Sequence record: NC_031070.1
Source: Bacillus phage Nemo
Direction: 5' to 3' (one strand)
DNA: 24,000 nt
This document shows positions 1 to 8,752 of this stretch, piece by piece. The translations under genes were made by a program, and so were the position numbers. Positions within the stretch are counted from its first letter, which is position 1. Each line of letters begins with the position of its first letter. Under the pieces are notes generated by a model. It was not told where the DNA came from and did not search any database. It saw only the letters and a list, made by a program, of their open reading frames with translations.

Positions 1-47
1 TAAAATCTACCATGGCGCTAGCACTCGCTTTACAGTAAAACAAAATT

Positions 48-73
48 AAGGGGCTAACGCCTCTTTTTTTTTT
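48..73 (+). terminator. Intrinsic terminator upstream of the sigma-factor gene
   Basis: AAGGGGC-TAAC-GCCTCTT stem-loop (48-65) followed by an uninterrupted T tract. Confidence 0.8.
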
Positions 74-84
74 GTAAAAATATG

Positions 85-113
85 TTGCAATTTGTTGGGC
101 GCTATGATACTAT
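85..113 (+). promoter_or_regulatory. SigA-like promoter with extended -10
   Basis: TTGCAA (85-90), 17 nt spacer ending TATGA, TACTAT (108-113); A-rich tract just upstream. Confidence 0.7.
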
Positions 114-144
114 TAGTTTATCAGTTACCGAGGGGGAGTTACAA

Positions 145-1023
145 ATGATTAAACACAAAGAACTAATTTTACGAGCACAGGACGGGAATGAAGATGCAAT
201 GGAGGTACTATTCACTAAGTACAGCGGACTAATGTGGTCACTGATTAACAGTCATAAAGTAAACCAGAACAGCCACGATGACGCGTACCAAGAACTATCT
301 CAATGCTTCTTTAAAGTGGTACAAGCCTTTGATGTAAATAGAGGATTTGAACTATCTACTTATCTAACAACATCTATGAAAGGCGTACTAAAGAACTTCA
401 TGAGGGACACAAAAGGTTTTAGAATCCCACCAAGAATCGAACCGCTTGTACTGAAGCTGAGAAAGTTCTTCGATATTAATAACTTGACTAACTTAGAGTT
501 GATGGATGCGTTAGGTTGTTCTTATGCGGAATTACAAGAGGCTATCTGTTGGTTAGACGCCTACAAGTCTGTTTCTATGGATGAAGAAGTGAGTACAGGC
601 AAGAGCAATAATGTGGCAGATGCAAAACTAGGGGATATTATCTCGTCTGGAGAGATGGCAATCGATGATAAAGTAGCTTTACGTGACTTACTCGATAGAC
701 TCCCGTCTAAAGAGAAGTATATCATTGCTAAACTATACTTTGATAATGAGCAGCAGATTGATATTGCTGCGGAAATGCGAGTTACAAAGAATACAGTTAG
801 AAACATAGAGTTGGATGCGTTGCGCAATCTTAGACGTATGGTAGATGGCGGTAAGGCGCTACCTTCTAACAGAGGGGTAAAGATACCACAAGGAGATAAA
901 GATGCAGCTATCGAGCTCCTGTACGCTGGAGAATTGAAGCAAACAGAGATTAGTAGAATGACAGGTGTACCAGCAGGAACTGTAGGTAGATGGGCTAATC
1001 TAATAAGACAAGGAAAACTTTAA
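145..1023 (+). CDS. Phage RNA polymerase sigma-70 family factor with extra C-terminal HTH-like segment
   Basis: Region 2-like DAYQELSQCFFKVVQAFDVNRGFELSTYLTTSMKGVLKNFMR and region 4-like LPSKEKYIIAKLYFDNEQQIDIAAEMRVTKNTVRNIELDALRNLRR. The track start at 82 overlaps the promoter; ATG145 has GAGGGGGAG upstream. Confidence 0.85.
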   Translation: MIKHKELILRAQDGNEDAMEVLFTKYSGLMWSLINSHKVNQNSHDDAYQELSQCFFKVVQAFDVNRGFELSTYLTTSMKGVLKNFMRDTKGFRIPPRIEPLVLKLRKFFDINNLTNLELMDALGCSYAELQEAICWLDAYKSVSMDEEVSTGKSNNVADAKLGDIISSGEMAIDDKVALRDLLDRLPSKEKYIIAKLYFDNEQQIDIAAEMRVTKNTVRNIELDALRNLRRMVDGGKALPSNRGVKIPQGDKDAAIELLYAGELKQTEISRMTGVPAGTVGRWANLIRQGKL

Positions 1024-1031
1024 AAAAGTAC

Positions 1032-1060
1032 TTGCAAATTACTAGATAGTATGATAGAAT
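1032..1060 (+). promoter_or_regulatory. SigA-like promoter with extended -10
   Basis: TTGCAA (1032-1037), 17 nt, TAGAAT (1055-1060), then GTTAAAG; preceded by AAAAAAGTAC. Confidence 0.7.
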
Positions 1061-1090
1061 AAAAGTAAGTTAAAGAGAGGAGGAGTTAAC

Positions 1091-1273
1091 GTGTTACCGG
1101 ATAAGGTTAAGGAAGCAATTGTAGGTATTCTAGCTATCATAGGAGGATTGACAGTTGCTAATATTATCATCCATCTAATACCCTCTATCGCAACTCTGCT
1201 ATTCTATATGTTGTTGGGTGGTATCGGAGCTTATGTAGCTCTAAAGGTTAAGAAGTATAATGAGAGCAAGTAG
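1091..1273 (+). CDS. Small membrane protein, 60 aa
   Basis: GTG start after GAGAGGAGGAG; two hydrophobic segments. The stop codon lies in the CTAGTAGCTC-type repeat. Confidence 0.75.
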   Translation: MLPDKVKEAIVGILAIIGGLTVANIIIHLIPSIATLLFYMLLGGIGAYVALKVKKYNESK

Positions 1274-1283
1274 CTCACCAGAA
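1267..1283 (+). repeat. 17-nt dispersed repeat, copy 1
   Basis: CAAGTAGCTCACCAGAA. Confidence 0.75.
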
Positions 1284-1303
1284 TACTGAAGGGTGGTGTC
1301 ATA

Positions 1304-1375
1304 ATGTACATTCAAACAGAGAATACTGTTGCAGAAATCACTGAGTTAATTGCGAATGTTAAGGAGGGTAAATAA
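1304..1375 (+). CDS. Very small ORF, 23 aa (MYIQTENTVAEITELIANVKEGK)
   Basis: ATG after GGGTGGTG; close to the next gene. Not in the supplied track because of size. Confidence 0.4.
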   Translation: MYIQTENTVAEITELIANVKEGK

Positions 1376-1376
1376 G

Positions 1377-1577
1377 GTGAAAGACTTTTTAAGAACGAAG
1401 ATTAGTATGATGAATGTTGCATTAAATGAGCTGTACGTACACTCGGGAGAAGAGGTATCAGAAACTAACGTACAGAAGTGTTTGGGTGAGTTGGACCGAT
1501 TGGCATTTGAAGTTGAAGCTATGCAGTGGTTCCTACGAGCTGAGATGCAGCGTGTAAAGAAGGAGGAGAATGAATGA
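1377..1577 (+). CDS. Hypothetical protein, about 66 aa, charged
   Basis: GTG1377 has AAGGAGGG upstream; a better start than the track ATG1350, which overlaps the 23-aa ORF. Confidence 0.65.
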   Translation: MKDFLRTKISMMNVALNELYVHSGEEVSETNVQKCLGELDRLAFEVEAMQWFLRAEMQRVKKEENE

Positions 1578-1747
1578 CACCAGCACAAGCGGACAAGCTG
1601 ATTTGGTTAAGCGAGAGCGCAACTAAGGAGGAATACTTCGAATTATGGGACAAGGTGCAAGAAGAACATGGTCACACCGACGATAGAATGTGTGAGTTAA
1701 TCGGTCTCCGTTTCGCAGTAAATAAAGCATTTGGGGAGGATGAGTAA
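1574..1747 (+). CDS. Hypothetical protein, 57 aa
   Basis: ATGA overlap with the upstream stop; AAGGAGGAG upstream; MTPAQADKLIWLSESATKEEYFELWDKVQEEHGHTDDRMCELIGLRFAVNKAFGEDE. Below the track size cutoff. Confidence 0.65.
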   Translation: MTPAQADKLIWLSESATKEEYFELWDKVQEEHGHTDDRMCELIGLRFAVNKAFGEDE

Positions 1748-1869
1748 TGGACATTAGCTTCACTATTCCGGATTTCTGGTTAGGTGTGTTAGCAGTAGTA
1801 ATTGGTGGTCCAATACTAATCTATGTAGGCGCAATATTGTTCGTAATGTTAGTGTTTAGGAAGGGGTAA
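1747..1869 (+). CDS. Very small membrane protein, 40 aa
   Basis: TAATG overlap; GGGGAGG upstream; MDISFTIPDFWLGVLAVVIGGPILIYVGAILFVMLVFRKG, one hydrophobic helix. Confidence 0.65.
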   Translation: MDISFTIPDFWLGVLAVVIGGPILIYVGAILFVMLVFRKG

Positions 1870-1872
1870 ATT

Positions 1873-2124
1873 ATGAGACGTACTTACGGGGCTAAACGTA
1901 GAGTGATTAACAAGAAAGATGAAAAGATAGCTCTACTAGAGTACGACAACTATATGTTGAAAGAGCTATTAGAAATCGAACAGGAGATTAGCATTGACGC
2001 AGGGGAAGTTTTACGTCATGTGTACCACGCTAATCCCAACATCTACGTTAAGAGTAAGATACAAGAGTTCATGAAGAAACACGAGTATAATATCATCACA
2101 ATTAAACCTAAGGAGTTAATGTAA
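1873..2124 (+). CDS. Hypothetical protein, 83 aa
   Basis: AGGAAGGGG ribosome-binding site, ATG start, overlaps the next gene by 1 nt. Confidence 0.75.
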   Translation: MRRTYGAKRRVINKKDEKIALLEYDNYMLKELLEIEQEISIDAGEVLRHVYHANPNIYVKSKIQEFMKKHEYNIITIKPKELM

Positions 2125-2324
2125 TGAAACTATTAAAGAATATCACAACAGGGTTATCGATTGTTTATATCAGTTTAATGAGTATCGCGTTTATGTCAGT
2201 GGCGATTACTAGTGAGGACGAATCATTACGTAAAAGTGCCATTGTACTCGGACTTATATCTGTAATTATCTCGATACTTCTTATGATTCCTGTATTTGCT
2301 AAAGCTTACGACGAAATTAAATAG
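2124..2324 (+). CDS. Small membrane protein, 66 aa
   Basis: Two hydrophobic stretches (LSIVYISLMSIAFMSVAI; AIVLGLISVIISILLMIPVFA); AAGGAG upstream. Confidence 0.75.
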   Translation: MKLLKNITTGLSIVYISLMSIAFMSVAITSEDESLRKSAIVLGLISVIISILLMIPVFAKAYDEIK

Positions 2325-2335
2325 GAGGGACTACA

Positions 2336-3076
2336 TTGCTAAAGTTTATTGGTAGAGGTAGCGCGTTTAATACAGAAGAGGGGAGTAACTCAGCTTACTT
2401 TATTTATGGTAAAGAGCTGATTCTGATTGACTGTGGCACTGAGACATTTAAGAGATTGAATGAATCGGGTATTCTAAAAGAGTTTACTAATATTAGAGTG
2501 CTTGTTACACACACTCACGATGACCACGTAGGCTCCTTAGCTAGTCTGATTCTATATAACTACTTCTGTATGGGTGAGATGAAAGAGAAGAATATCTGGG
2601 TGTATTCTCCTTATGATATAAAGTTAAAGGATGTATTACACAAAGCAGGATGTTCCACTGAGTATTATCATCCTAGAAACTTTGATAACAACATTGATAT
2701 GAAGTTCGAAGATTATGAAGATATTGAGATAGTTGCTGTTCCACAAAAACATGTAGAGGAGATATTGTCTTATGGATATGTTATCGAAGTCGATGGCAAA
2801 ACAATCTATTATAGCGGCGACACTTGTCTGTTACCTTGGTTCGTTAAGAAGCCGACGATTATCAACAAGTTTGATTACATCTATCAAGATACGAGCTGGT
2901 TACACTACGAAGGGAACGTACACTTATCACTCGCGAATCTAGTTAACGCTGTTCCGGACATGAAGTTACGAGAACGAATCTACTGTATGCATCTAGACCA
3001 CGGTATGATTAATAACGAGGTTCATGTTAAATCGCTAGGTCTAAACATGGTGGAGGTTGAAGAATGTTTCAAGTAA
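2336..3076 (+). CDS. Metallo-beta-lactamase-fold hydrolase (RNase Z-like MBL superfamily)
   Basis: TTG start after AGGAGGG; motif THTHDDHVGS, ILIDCG, YYSGDT and a C-terminal HLDHG. Confidence 0.85.
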   Translation: MLKFIGRGSAFNTEEGSNSAYFIYGKELILIDCGTETFKRLNESGILKEFTNIRVLVTHTHDDHVGSLASLILYNYFCMGEMKEKNIWVYSPYDIKLKDVLHKAGCSTEYYHPRNFDNNIDMKFEDYEDIEIVAVPQKHVEEILSYGYVIEVDGKTIYYSGDTCLLPWFVKKPTIINKFDYIYQDTSWLHYEGNVHLSLANLVNAVPDMKLRERIYCMHLDHGMINNEVHVKSLGLNMVEVEECFK

Positions 3077-3237
3077 GGGATGTAAAGTGTATCGCCTATG
3101 TCGATAACGTAGAAGTTGGTTCATTTGTTATCGAAAGTATAGTAGGTCACGAGATGGAGCAGGTACTAGAGAGCGCGCAGTGGGCGTATGAGCAAACGTG
3201 GGGATTAATGAATGTAGATTGGGAAGAGGAGTGGTAA
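3064..3237 (+). CDS. Hypothetical protein, 57 aa
   Basis: ATG overlapping the end of the MBL gene, GGAGG upstream; MFQVRDVKCIAYVDNVEVGSFVIESIVGHEMEQVLESAQWAYEQTWGLMNVDWEEEW. Not in the track. Confidence 0.6.
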   Translation: MFQVRDVKCIAYVDNVEVGSFVIESIVGHEMEQVLESAQWAYEQTWGLMNVDWEEEW

Positions 3238-3238
3238 T

Positions 3239-3424
3239 ATGTTAGATGCAGTAAAAGAGTATAGTGAACTTTATCAGAATTGGAAGGAGTTACATGAAAC
3301 ATTAGATGAGGCTATCGAAATGGGTGCGGATGCAGATTACATTATCAGTCTAGGTCGAGATATCATTACAACAGACTATGCGCTTAAAGAAGCTGGAAGT
3401 AGAATGTATAACGAAATCTATTAA
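3239..3424 (+). CDS. Hypothetical protein, 61 aa
   Basis: ORF in the tightly packed + strand array; GAGGAG upstream. Confidence 0.7.
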   Translation: MLDAVKEYSELYQNWKELHETLDEAIEMGADADYIISLGRDIITTDYALKEAGSRMYNEIY

Positions 3425-3436
3425 GGGGGAGAAACA

Positions 3437-3754
3437 ATGGGAAAACCACATGTAGACGCAAAATATTTTGTAGAAGGTAAGGTAACAGAAACAAAGGAAG
3501 TGTTTAACAAGAAGCATTTCGCAGTAGGAGAACCTGTAATCATTCAATCTTACACATCTGGTCCGGTGGCAATGCGCTGGGAAGAGGAATACGGTATCGT
3601 CAATACATTTACTGACACAAGGCTTGTCATTACAACAGTTAGATGGGATGGCGGTCACGTAGATAATACGATTCTACTATCAGAGCTTGATGACACCTTT
3701 AATGTTATTCCTGTTAAACTATTGCTAGAGGAGTTGACGATTGCCAGTGTCTAA
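3437..3754 (+). CDS. Hypothetical protein, 105 aa
   Basis: ATG after AAGGGGGAG. Confidence 0.8.
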   Translation: MGKPHVDAKYFVEGKVTETKEVFNKKHFAVGEPVIIQSYTSGPVAMRWEEEYGIVNTFTDTRLVITTVRWDGGHVDNTILLSELDDTFNVIPVKLLLEELTIASV

Positions 3755-3968
3755 GATATTACAACTTAACTGTCATACTGTGTTCCAAGATGAAATCGAG
3801 CTTAGTAGAGAAATAGCAGATTATGGTGTCGAGGTAATGAAGGTCAAGATTATCGAGAAAGACTATGAAGGTGACGATGATGCTGTGTCTACAATGCTAC
3901 ACTTAAATAGAGAGACAGCTAAGCTCGTAGCAGAAAAACTAATGGAATTCGCATTGGAGGAGAACTAA
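3741..3968 (+). CDS. Hypothetical protein, about 75 aa
   Basis: TTG start, GAGGAG upstream; 3' end overlaps the next start. Confidence 0.6.
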   Translation: MPVSKILQLNCHTVFQDEIELSREIADYGVEVMKVKIIEKDYEGDDDAVSTMLHLNRETAKLVAEKLMEFALEEN

Positions 3969-5185
3969 TGGCTAAGATGTATATCCCTGATAAGTTAAAA
4001 GTAGGTTTCCAGAGTCGTGATGACACGTACTCTGGTAAACTTAGCTACATCACGTACTATGATGAGAAAGGAGTGTTGCGTAAAGAGAACAGCTGGAAAG
4101 GTTGGATTAGAGAAGAGTTAGGTATTATGGAGCTAGACAACAAACCTACTGAAGGATTTGTTATTAACCGCTCTGGTGGCGGTGTACCTAAATGGAGTGA
4201 ACGTAAAGCGTTTATCCGTGTATGGCATCCGGAAGGTTTCGAGTTTGAGATTGACTTGGACAACCTTATGTTCATTCTAGCTCATTGCAGTATTACAAAA
4301 GGTAAAGGTATCGAAGGTAAGCTAATTTTAGCATGGGAAGGACAGCAGCTGTATTTACTTCCAGTAGAATCTGATGTCTATCAAACTATGTCGGCATATT
4401 CTGCTGTAATTAAGAAGCTAGAGTTTGTGGAGCCTAAGGACCTTAAGATTGGATACACGTACATCGACACGAAGAATCAACAAGAATGGGTCTACCTTGG
4501 TAGATTTATTAAGTACAGCTCACCTAGTAACTCATCGTATGGATGGAGAAATGATGAACAGAAACGTAAAAATGTGTATGGAACTAAAGCTAAACAATGG
4601 TTCTTTGCTAAGAAGTCTAGTTGGACTAAGAATGGATGGACTATTACATCTCGTTCTAATGTTAAGGACTTCTTCTGTGAGGAAGCAGATTGGGGATGTG
4701 TGCAGGACTTTACTGTCTTTGAAAAGATGATGAACTCGTCTACAGAAGTAAGTGAAGTTAAGATTTGGGAGCCGGAGTACTACGAGATTGATGTGGAAGA
4801 GATTATGTCCTATCTTGCTGCGTATGAAGGTTACCGCAGCGCAGACTCATTCGCGTTTCACCTAGAAGGACCAGAAGCAGCTAAGTATCACTATAGAGTA
4901 GAACGTAGACAGAAGTACCAGTATACGATTAGACATAAGGATTCACCTCAAGAACCTGAGTATGAGTATGCAATCTGTAAGACTCGTGTTCTAGGTGGAC
5001 ATGAGAGTATGGGATGTACGTATTCTTTAACAGAGAATGCACTTCGTGAGAAACTAGCAAATGAGTACAAACCATATATGTTATTAGTTCGTCACGCGTC
5101 AGGTAACCCGTTCAAAGTTTATGGTGGCAGTAAAGAAAGAAACAAACAATTAGCAGCAGAAACAGGCGCTAACAGCCAATACTAA
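3968..5185 (+). CDS. Hypothetical phage protein, 405 aa
   Basis: Long ORF with GGAGGAG upstream. Confidence 0.9.
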   Translation: MAKMYIPDKLKVGFQSRDDTYSGKLSYITYYDEKGVLRKENSWKGWIREELGIMELDNKPTEGFVINRSGGGVPKWSERKAFIRVWHPEGFEFEIDLDNLMFILAHCSITKGKGIEGKLILAWEGQQLYLLPVESDVYQTMSAYSAVIKKLEFVEPKDLKIGYTYIDTKNQQEWVYLGRFIKYSSPSNSSYGWRNDEQKRKNVYGTKAKQWFFAKKSSWTKNGWTITSRSNVKDFFCEEADWGCVQDFTVFEKMMNSSTEVSEVKIWEPEYYEIDVEEIMSYLAAYEGYRSADSFAFHLEGPEAAKYHYRVERRQKYQYTIRHKDSPQEPEYEYAICKTRVLGGHESMGCTYSLTENALREKLANEYKPYMLLVRHASGNPFKVYGGSKERNKQLAAETGANSQY

Positions 5186-5205
5186 ATTAAAGGGAGAGAT
5201 TTATA

Positions 5206-5628
5206 ATGATTCAAACTAAACAAGATGCTAAGATTGTAGGAATGCAGACTAGTATTAAACATAAATTAAATGCTATCGAGCTAGCTTTATCCAATGTACC
5301 AGACTTCAAGACTCCATGTAGTCTTACGTTATACGGGGAGAAGTTAAACTTCCATACACTATCAGTTGACAAGCTGCGTGAGGTGCAGGTACAACTTAAC
5401 ATGCATAAACTATCAGCGAAAGATTTAGGTGTAGAATACTCGTACAAGTTTGCTGGATTCCCTATTATGGACTGGATGCAAGATATCGCGACTATCATCA
5501 ATAAGCACAACCTTAAGAAGGAACGTGAAGAGCTAGAGGTGGGTTCTAAGGAAATCGATGGTATGTTGTCGGAAGAAATGAAAGCAGACCGTAAACTAGG
5601 AGACATTGCTGCTAAGTTAGGAATTTAA
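5206..5628 (+). CDS. Hypothetical protein, 140 aa
   Basis: ATG after AGGGAGAG; the antisense ORF 5211..5606 is judged a shadow ORF. Confidence 0.8.
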   Translation: MIQTKQDAKIVGMQTSIKHKLNAIELALSNVPDFKTPCSLTLYGEKLNFHTLSVDKLREVQVQLNMHKLSAKDLGVEYSYKFAGFPIMDWMQDIATIINKHNLKKEREELEVGSKEIDGMLSEEMKADRKLGDIAAKLGI

Positions 5629-5635
5629 TATGGTT

Positions 5636-5652
5636 GTAGTAGCTCACTAGAA
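5636..5652 (+). repeat. 17-nt dispersed repeat, copy 2
   Basis: GTAGTAGCTCACTAGAA, overlapping the 5' arm of a terminator. Confidence 0.75.
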
Positions 5653-5669
5653 ATAGTGGGCTTTTTTTT
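5641..5669 (+). terminator. Intrinsic terminator overlapping a 17-nt repeat copy
   Basis: AGCTCACTA-GAAA-TAGTGGGCT followed by TTTTTTT. Confidence 0.9.
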
Positions 5670-5680
5670 ATATAAAAGTG

Positions 5681-5709
5681 TTGCAATCTAGTTTCACCTA
5701 TGATAAGAT
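5681..5709 (+). promoter_or_regulatory. SigA-like promoter with extended -10
   Basis: AAAAGTG-TTGCAA (5681-5686), 17 nt, TAAGAT (5704-5709), then AAAGACAAGTTAAG. Confidence 0.75.
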
Positions 5710-5754
5710 AAAGACAAGTTAAGAGAACAACAAATTACTAGGGGGAATTAAGTT

Positions 5755-6366
5755 ATGAACGCAAAACACATTTTCGACAGAGTTGACAAATCAAAGGGCA
5801 GCGGATGGTTAGACTTAAGTGAGATTGCTAGCGAGTTTCAAATCTGGGAAGATTACATTAGTGAGCCGGAAGATTGCCGAATTACATCTTATTGGTTAGC
5901 GAACTGGTACTGCACAGATACAATCGTAGGATTCCAAGTCTACTTCTTCGATGACAAGCCAATGGCATTCTCAACACAAATGGGACGTAAGTGTGATGTT
6001 AACTTCTACTGGGCTAGTCAAGAGGTAGCGGAAGAAGTTCGGGAATACATTAAATCTCTGTTAGTAGAAGAAGAGGAGCCTGAGGTTGGTGTCAACTTAA
6101 TAGATTTTAATCAAGAGTTTGAAGGGTACTATCGTATCGACTTCAGCGGGAACCTATTCGGTGTTGACCCAAAAGCAACATATAAAGGAAGAGAAGTGAA
6201 AATCGTGGAACGACTAAAACATACAGACTTAGGTATTGACACGGATGTGATAATCGAGTATAATGACACGAAGGACCGAGAAAGAGTCAATATTCGGTTG
6301 CTAAAATTTGGGTATTTCCTATTGGAGGAAGATAAAGAATGTTTAAGTTTAGAAAAGGATTCGTAA
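5755..6366 (+). CDS. Hypothetical protein, 203 aa
   Basis: ATG after AGGGGGAA, first gene after the promoter. Confidence 0.85.
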   Translation: MNAKHIFDRVDKSKGSGWLDLSEIASEFQIWEDYISEPEDCRITSYWLANWYCTDTIVGFQVYFFDDKPMAFSTQMGRKCDVNFYWASQEVAEEVREYIKSLLVEEEEPEVGVNLIDFNQEFEGYYRIDFSGNLFGVDPKATYKGREVKIVERLKHTDLGIDTDVIIEYNDTKDRERVNIRLLKFGYFLLEEDKECLSLEKDS

Positions 6367-6896
6367 ACTTCACTTTAAAATCAACGGTAGTTATTACAAC
6401 TTTAGTGGTAGGTGTTTATGTATACTCAACAAATGGAGGGTCTGCACAGACATTAATACCACACGATGCTGGTGACACAGTAGACACAGCTTATAGTGAG
6501 TCATTAAGAAAGAAGAATGAAACGGTACACAAGAATAATGAGGCAATACAAAAGGCAGAGAACCTGATTGCTGAAGTGAACAACACGAAGGTATTCGAGG
6601 ATGCACTCAACGATGACAGGAAGCCAGAAGCAAAGAAGTACAATATTGAATGGATTGTAAAAGATGAGAATACGGTCCAGTTAGCAATTAACTTCCGAGC
6701 TGTAGAACGTATTGACGGGATTAAGCCAATCATCCACAAAGAGTATGCAGCAGCCGTAGCGAAAGATGTATCGTATGTATTAGATGAAATGAATGACCGT
6801 TTCCACGGAGGGAAAGCAAAGACACATCAAATCACATTACAAATCATTAATGAAACTGGAGATGTAATGGCTGAGATGGGGAATGGAGTGAAGTAA
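6339..6896 (+). CDS. Membrane-anchored hypothetical protein, 185 aa
   Basis: GGAGGA upstream; N-terminal hydrophobic helix STVVITTLVVGVYVYS. Confidence 0.8.
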   Translation: MFKFRKGFVNFTLKSTVVITTLVVGVYVYSTNGGSAQTLIPHDAGDTVDTAYSESLRKKNETVHKNNEAIQKAENLIAEVNNTKVFEDALNDDRKPEAKKYNIEWIVKDENTVQLAINFRAVERIDGIKPIIHKEYAAAVAKDVSYVLDEMNDRFHGGKAKTHQITLQIINETGDVMAEMGNGVK

Positions 6897-7081
6897 TGAG
6901 CACATTATATCCTATGTCGTCTATCGGGTGTTCAAGAGAAGAAGCTATAATGTTCTGTGTACAAATGAATCGGGTAACCCAGCTAGGGCTGCCCGATAAC
7001 TTTGAAGAATATACGGACAGAGGGATTATCCACTTATACAATTACTTTAGAGCGGTAAAAGAAAGGATGGACAAGCAATGA
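6896..7081 (+). CDS. Hypothetical protein, 61 aa
   Basis: Overlapping start/stop with neighbours; AATGGAGTG upstream. Confidence 0.7.
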   Translation: MSTLYPMSSIGCSREEAIMFCVQMNRVTQLGLPDNFEEYTDRGIIHLYNYFRAVKERMDKQ

Positions 7082-7452
7082 CGGAAGTTAAATATTTTAC
7101 ATGTACGATGACTGCTGAGATTGATAGAGTAGTAGAAGCAAGAGACGAAGAGCACGCTTTAGAACTAGTCGATGAGAATGACATGATGTACGAGCTAAAG
7201 AACTTTAAGACAGACTATGAAATGAGTGCTAAAGAGATGGGGGTTAGCTCTAAGTTTAACTACCAAAACAAGCTGCTTATTGTTCACAATATGTTCGCAC
7301 ATCTTGTTAACGGTACACCAGTGAAAGTTACAAGAGAACACTTAGAGGTGTTCCAACGAGCGTATGATGCCATGTCAACAGGTGTTAGACTTAATATACT
7401 AGAGTTAGAGAATAGTAATAAAGTAATCGTATCTTTAGGGAGGTCTGTATAA
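7078..7452 (+). CDS. Hypothetical protein, 124 aa
   Basis: AAAGGA upstream, ATGA-type overlap with neighbour. Confidence 0.8.
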   Translation: MTEVKYFTCTMTAEIDRVVEARDEEHALELVDENDMMYELKNFKTDYEMSAKEMGVSSKFNYQNKLLIVHNMFAHLVNGTPVKVTREHLEVFQRAYDAMSTGVRLNILELENSNKVIVSLGRSV

Positions 7453-7622
7453 TGGTATACATCGATTTAAAAGAGGATGGTAACGGGAGTTTCTTTAAGG
7501 ATATTGATGAGTTTATCGAGAGTCTACCTTTAGACGCACAAGAGGCTGTTAGAGAATTAGTAGATGATGCTATTGACGAGGCTACAACACCATACATTAA
7601 TATGACGGGGGTAATGTTATAA
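7452..7622 (+). CDS. Hypothetical acidic protein, 56 aa
   Basis: Fills the gap between 7452 and 7622; GGGAGG upstream; MVYIDLKEDGNGSFFKDIDEFIESLPLDAQEAVRELVDDAIDEATTPYINMTGVML. Not in the track. Confidence 0.65.
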   Translation: MVYIDLKEDGNGSFFKDIDEFIESLPLDAQEAVRELVDDAIDEATTPYINMTGVML

Positions 7623-7969
7623 TGACAAAATTAGTAAATGTAGGACACGTAAACGCGATTATGAGTATCTATGAGAAGTTACTATCTTTACCAGATTGGG
7701 AATTTAAAGAGTGGGACAAGCAGCGTGAGAAACTTAAAAATGCAGTCGCACATATGGACAAGCATGCGATAGATTTACCTTGTACAGTTAAGGAGTTAAA
7801 GCTGTCTATTGAGCCCGTACAGAACATTGTCAGTTTCTTTGATGATTGGATTGAGGATGACACTAGAAGAGGCATAACGAGCCGAGAGGTGTTCCTAGAT
7901 AAACTAGCTGATGAGGCTAACGACCTTCATGTAGTTCATGTAAATAACATTCCAAGGGATGAGTTATAA
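7622..7969 (+). CDS. Hypothetical protein, 115 aa
   Basis: GGGGG upstream; translationally coupled ATG. Confidence 0.8.
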   Translation: MTKLVNVGHVNAIMSIYEKLLSLPDWEFKEWDKQREKLKNAVAHMDKHAIDLPCTVKELKLSIEPVQNIVSFFDDWIEDDTRRGITSREVFLDKLADEANDLHVVHVNNIPRDEL

Positions 7970-8211
7970 TGAGTAATATCATATTCAAAAAAGACGTACC
8001 ACAAGTAGAGGGAATGACATATGTGGGGGTTACTCGAAAACCATTCGACTTTTATACGGGTATTAAGTACAACGGGTATATGATAAAGGAAAAGAAGCAT
8101 GTTGATAAGATTATAGAGTTGAGTGTGAAGGGGTATCATAAAGACTATATCTTATACGCTTTTGAAATCTTTTGTCAAGAGGAACTATATGAAGGGAGCG
8201 ATTTAGGTTGA
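7969..8211 (+). CDS. Hypothetical protein, 80 aa
   Basis: AAGGGATGAG upstream; coupled ORF. Confidence 0.75.
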   Translation: MSNIIFKKDVPQVEGMTYVGVTRKPFDFYTGIKYNGYMIKEKKHVDKIIELSVKGYHKDYILYAFEIFCQEELYEGSDLG

Positions 8212-8486
8212 CTTATAGAGATAGAATGTACCAGAGGTGGGAGAAAGAGGACGATGCTTATTATCGTAGGCACGTACTCGATGAGACTGTTAAGTCTTAT
8301 GATATTGGGGGAGTGTTCGCGCTAGTATTGTCTGCGGATGATACGAATCTACAAGGTTACTATAAAAGTCATTCTAGTAATATGACATTCCAGCTAGAGT
8401 GTGAGGGGCTAACTAGAGGGAAGATTATTAGAATGATGTGGGACAAGGCTCGAGCTATTAAACCAGAACTGGAGGCGGCACAATGA
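8208..8486 (+). CDS. Hypothetical protein, 92 aa
   Basis: TTG start, GAAGGGAG upstream. Confidence 0.65.
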   Translation: MTYRDRMYQRWEKEDDAYYRRHVLDETVKSYDIGGVFALVLSADDTNLQGYYKSHSSNMTFQLECEGLTRGKIIRMMWDKARAIKPELEAAQ

Positions 8487-8752
8487 GACAGCAGCAATTA
8501 GAAGAAATGGTAGAGTTATTGACTAAAGAGCGTGATGAGGCTAGAAACCAAGTAGATATTCTAACAGCTACGATGAAGAACATTGCGCGTCGTAAACGAT
8601 GGGTAGGGTTCTACTCTGAAATGGGTGAGGTTATGTTCCCACAACAATGTATTAATTTGTATAAGGAGCAACTTCGTAATTGTGCAGATAATGCTAAAGG
8701 TGCGTTAGACCAAGCAGGTATCCCATTACGAAAGAAGGATGCTAAACTATGA
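8483..8752 (+). CDS. Hypothetical protein, 89 aa
   Basis: GGAGG upstream, ATGA overlap; N-terminal coiled-coil-like segment. Confidence 0.75.
   Translation: MRQQQLEEMVELLTKERDEARNQVDILTATMKNIARRKRWVGFYSEMGEVMFPQQCINLYKEQLRNCADNAKGALDQAGIPLRKKDAKL

Noticed and set aside
82-144. N-terminal 21-residue extension of the sigma factor in the track ORF
   Set aside because: It overlaps the promoter and has no SD; ATG145 follows GAGGGGGAG.
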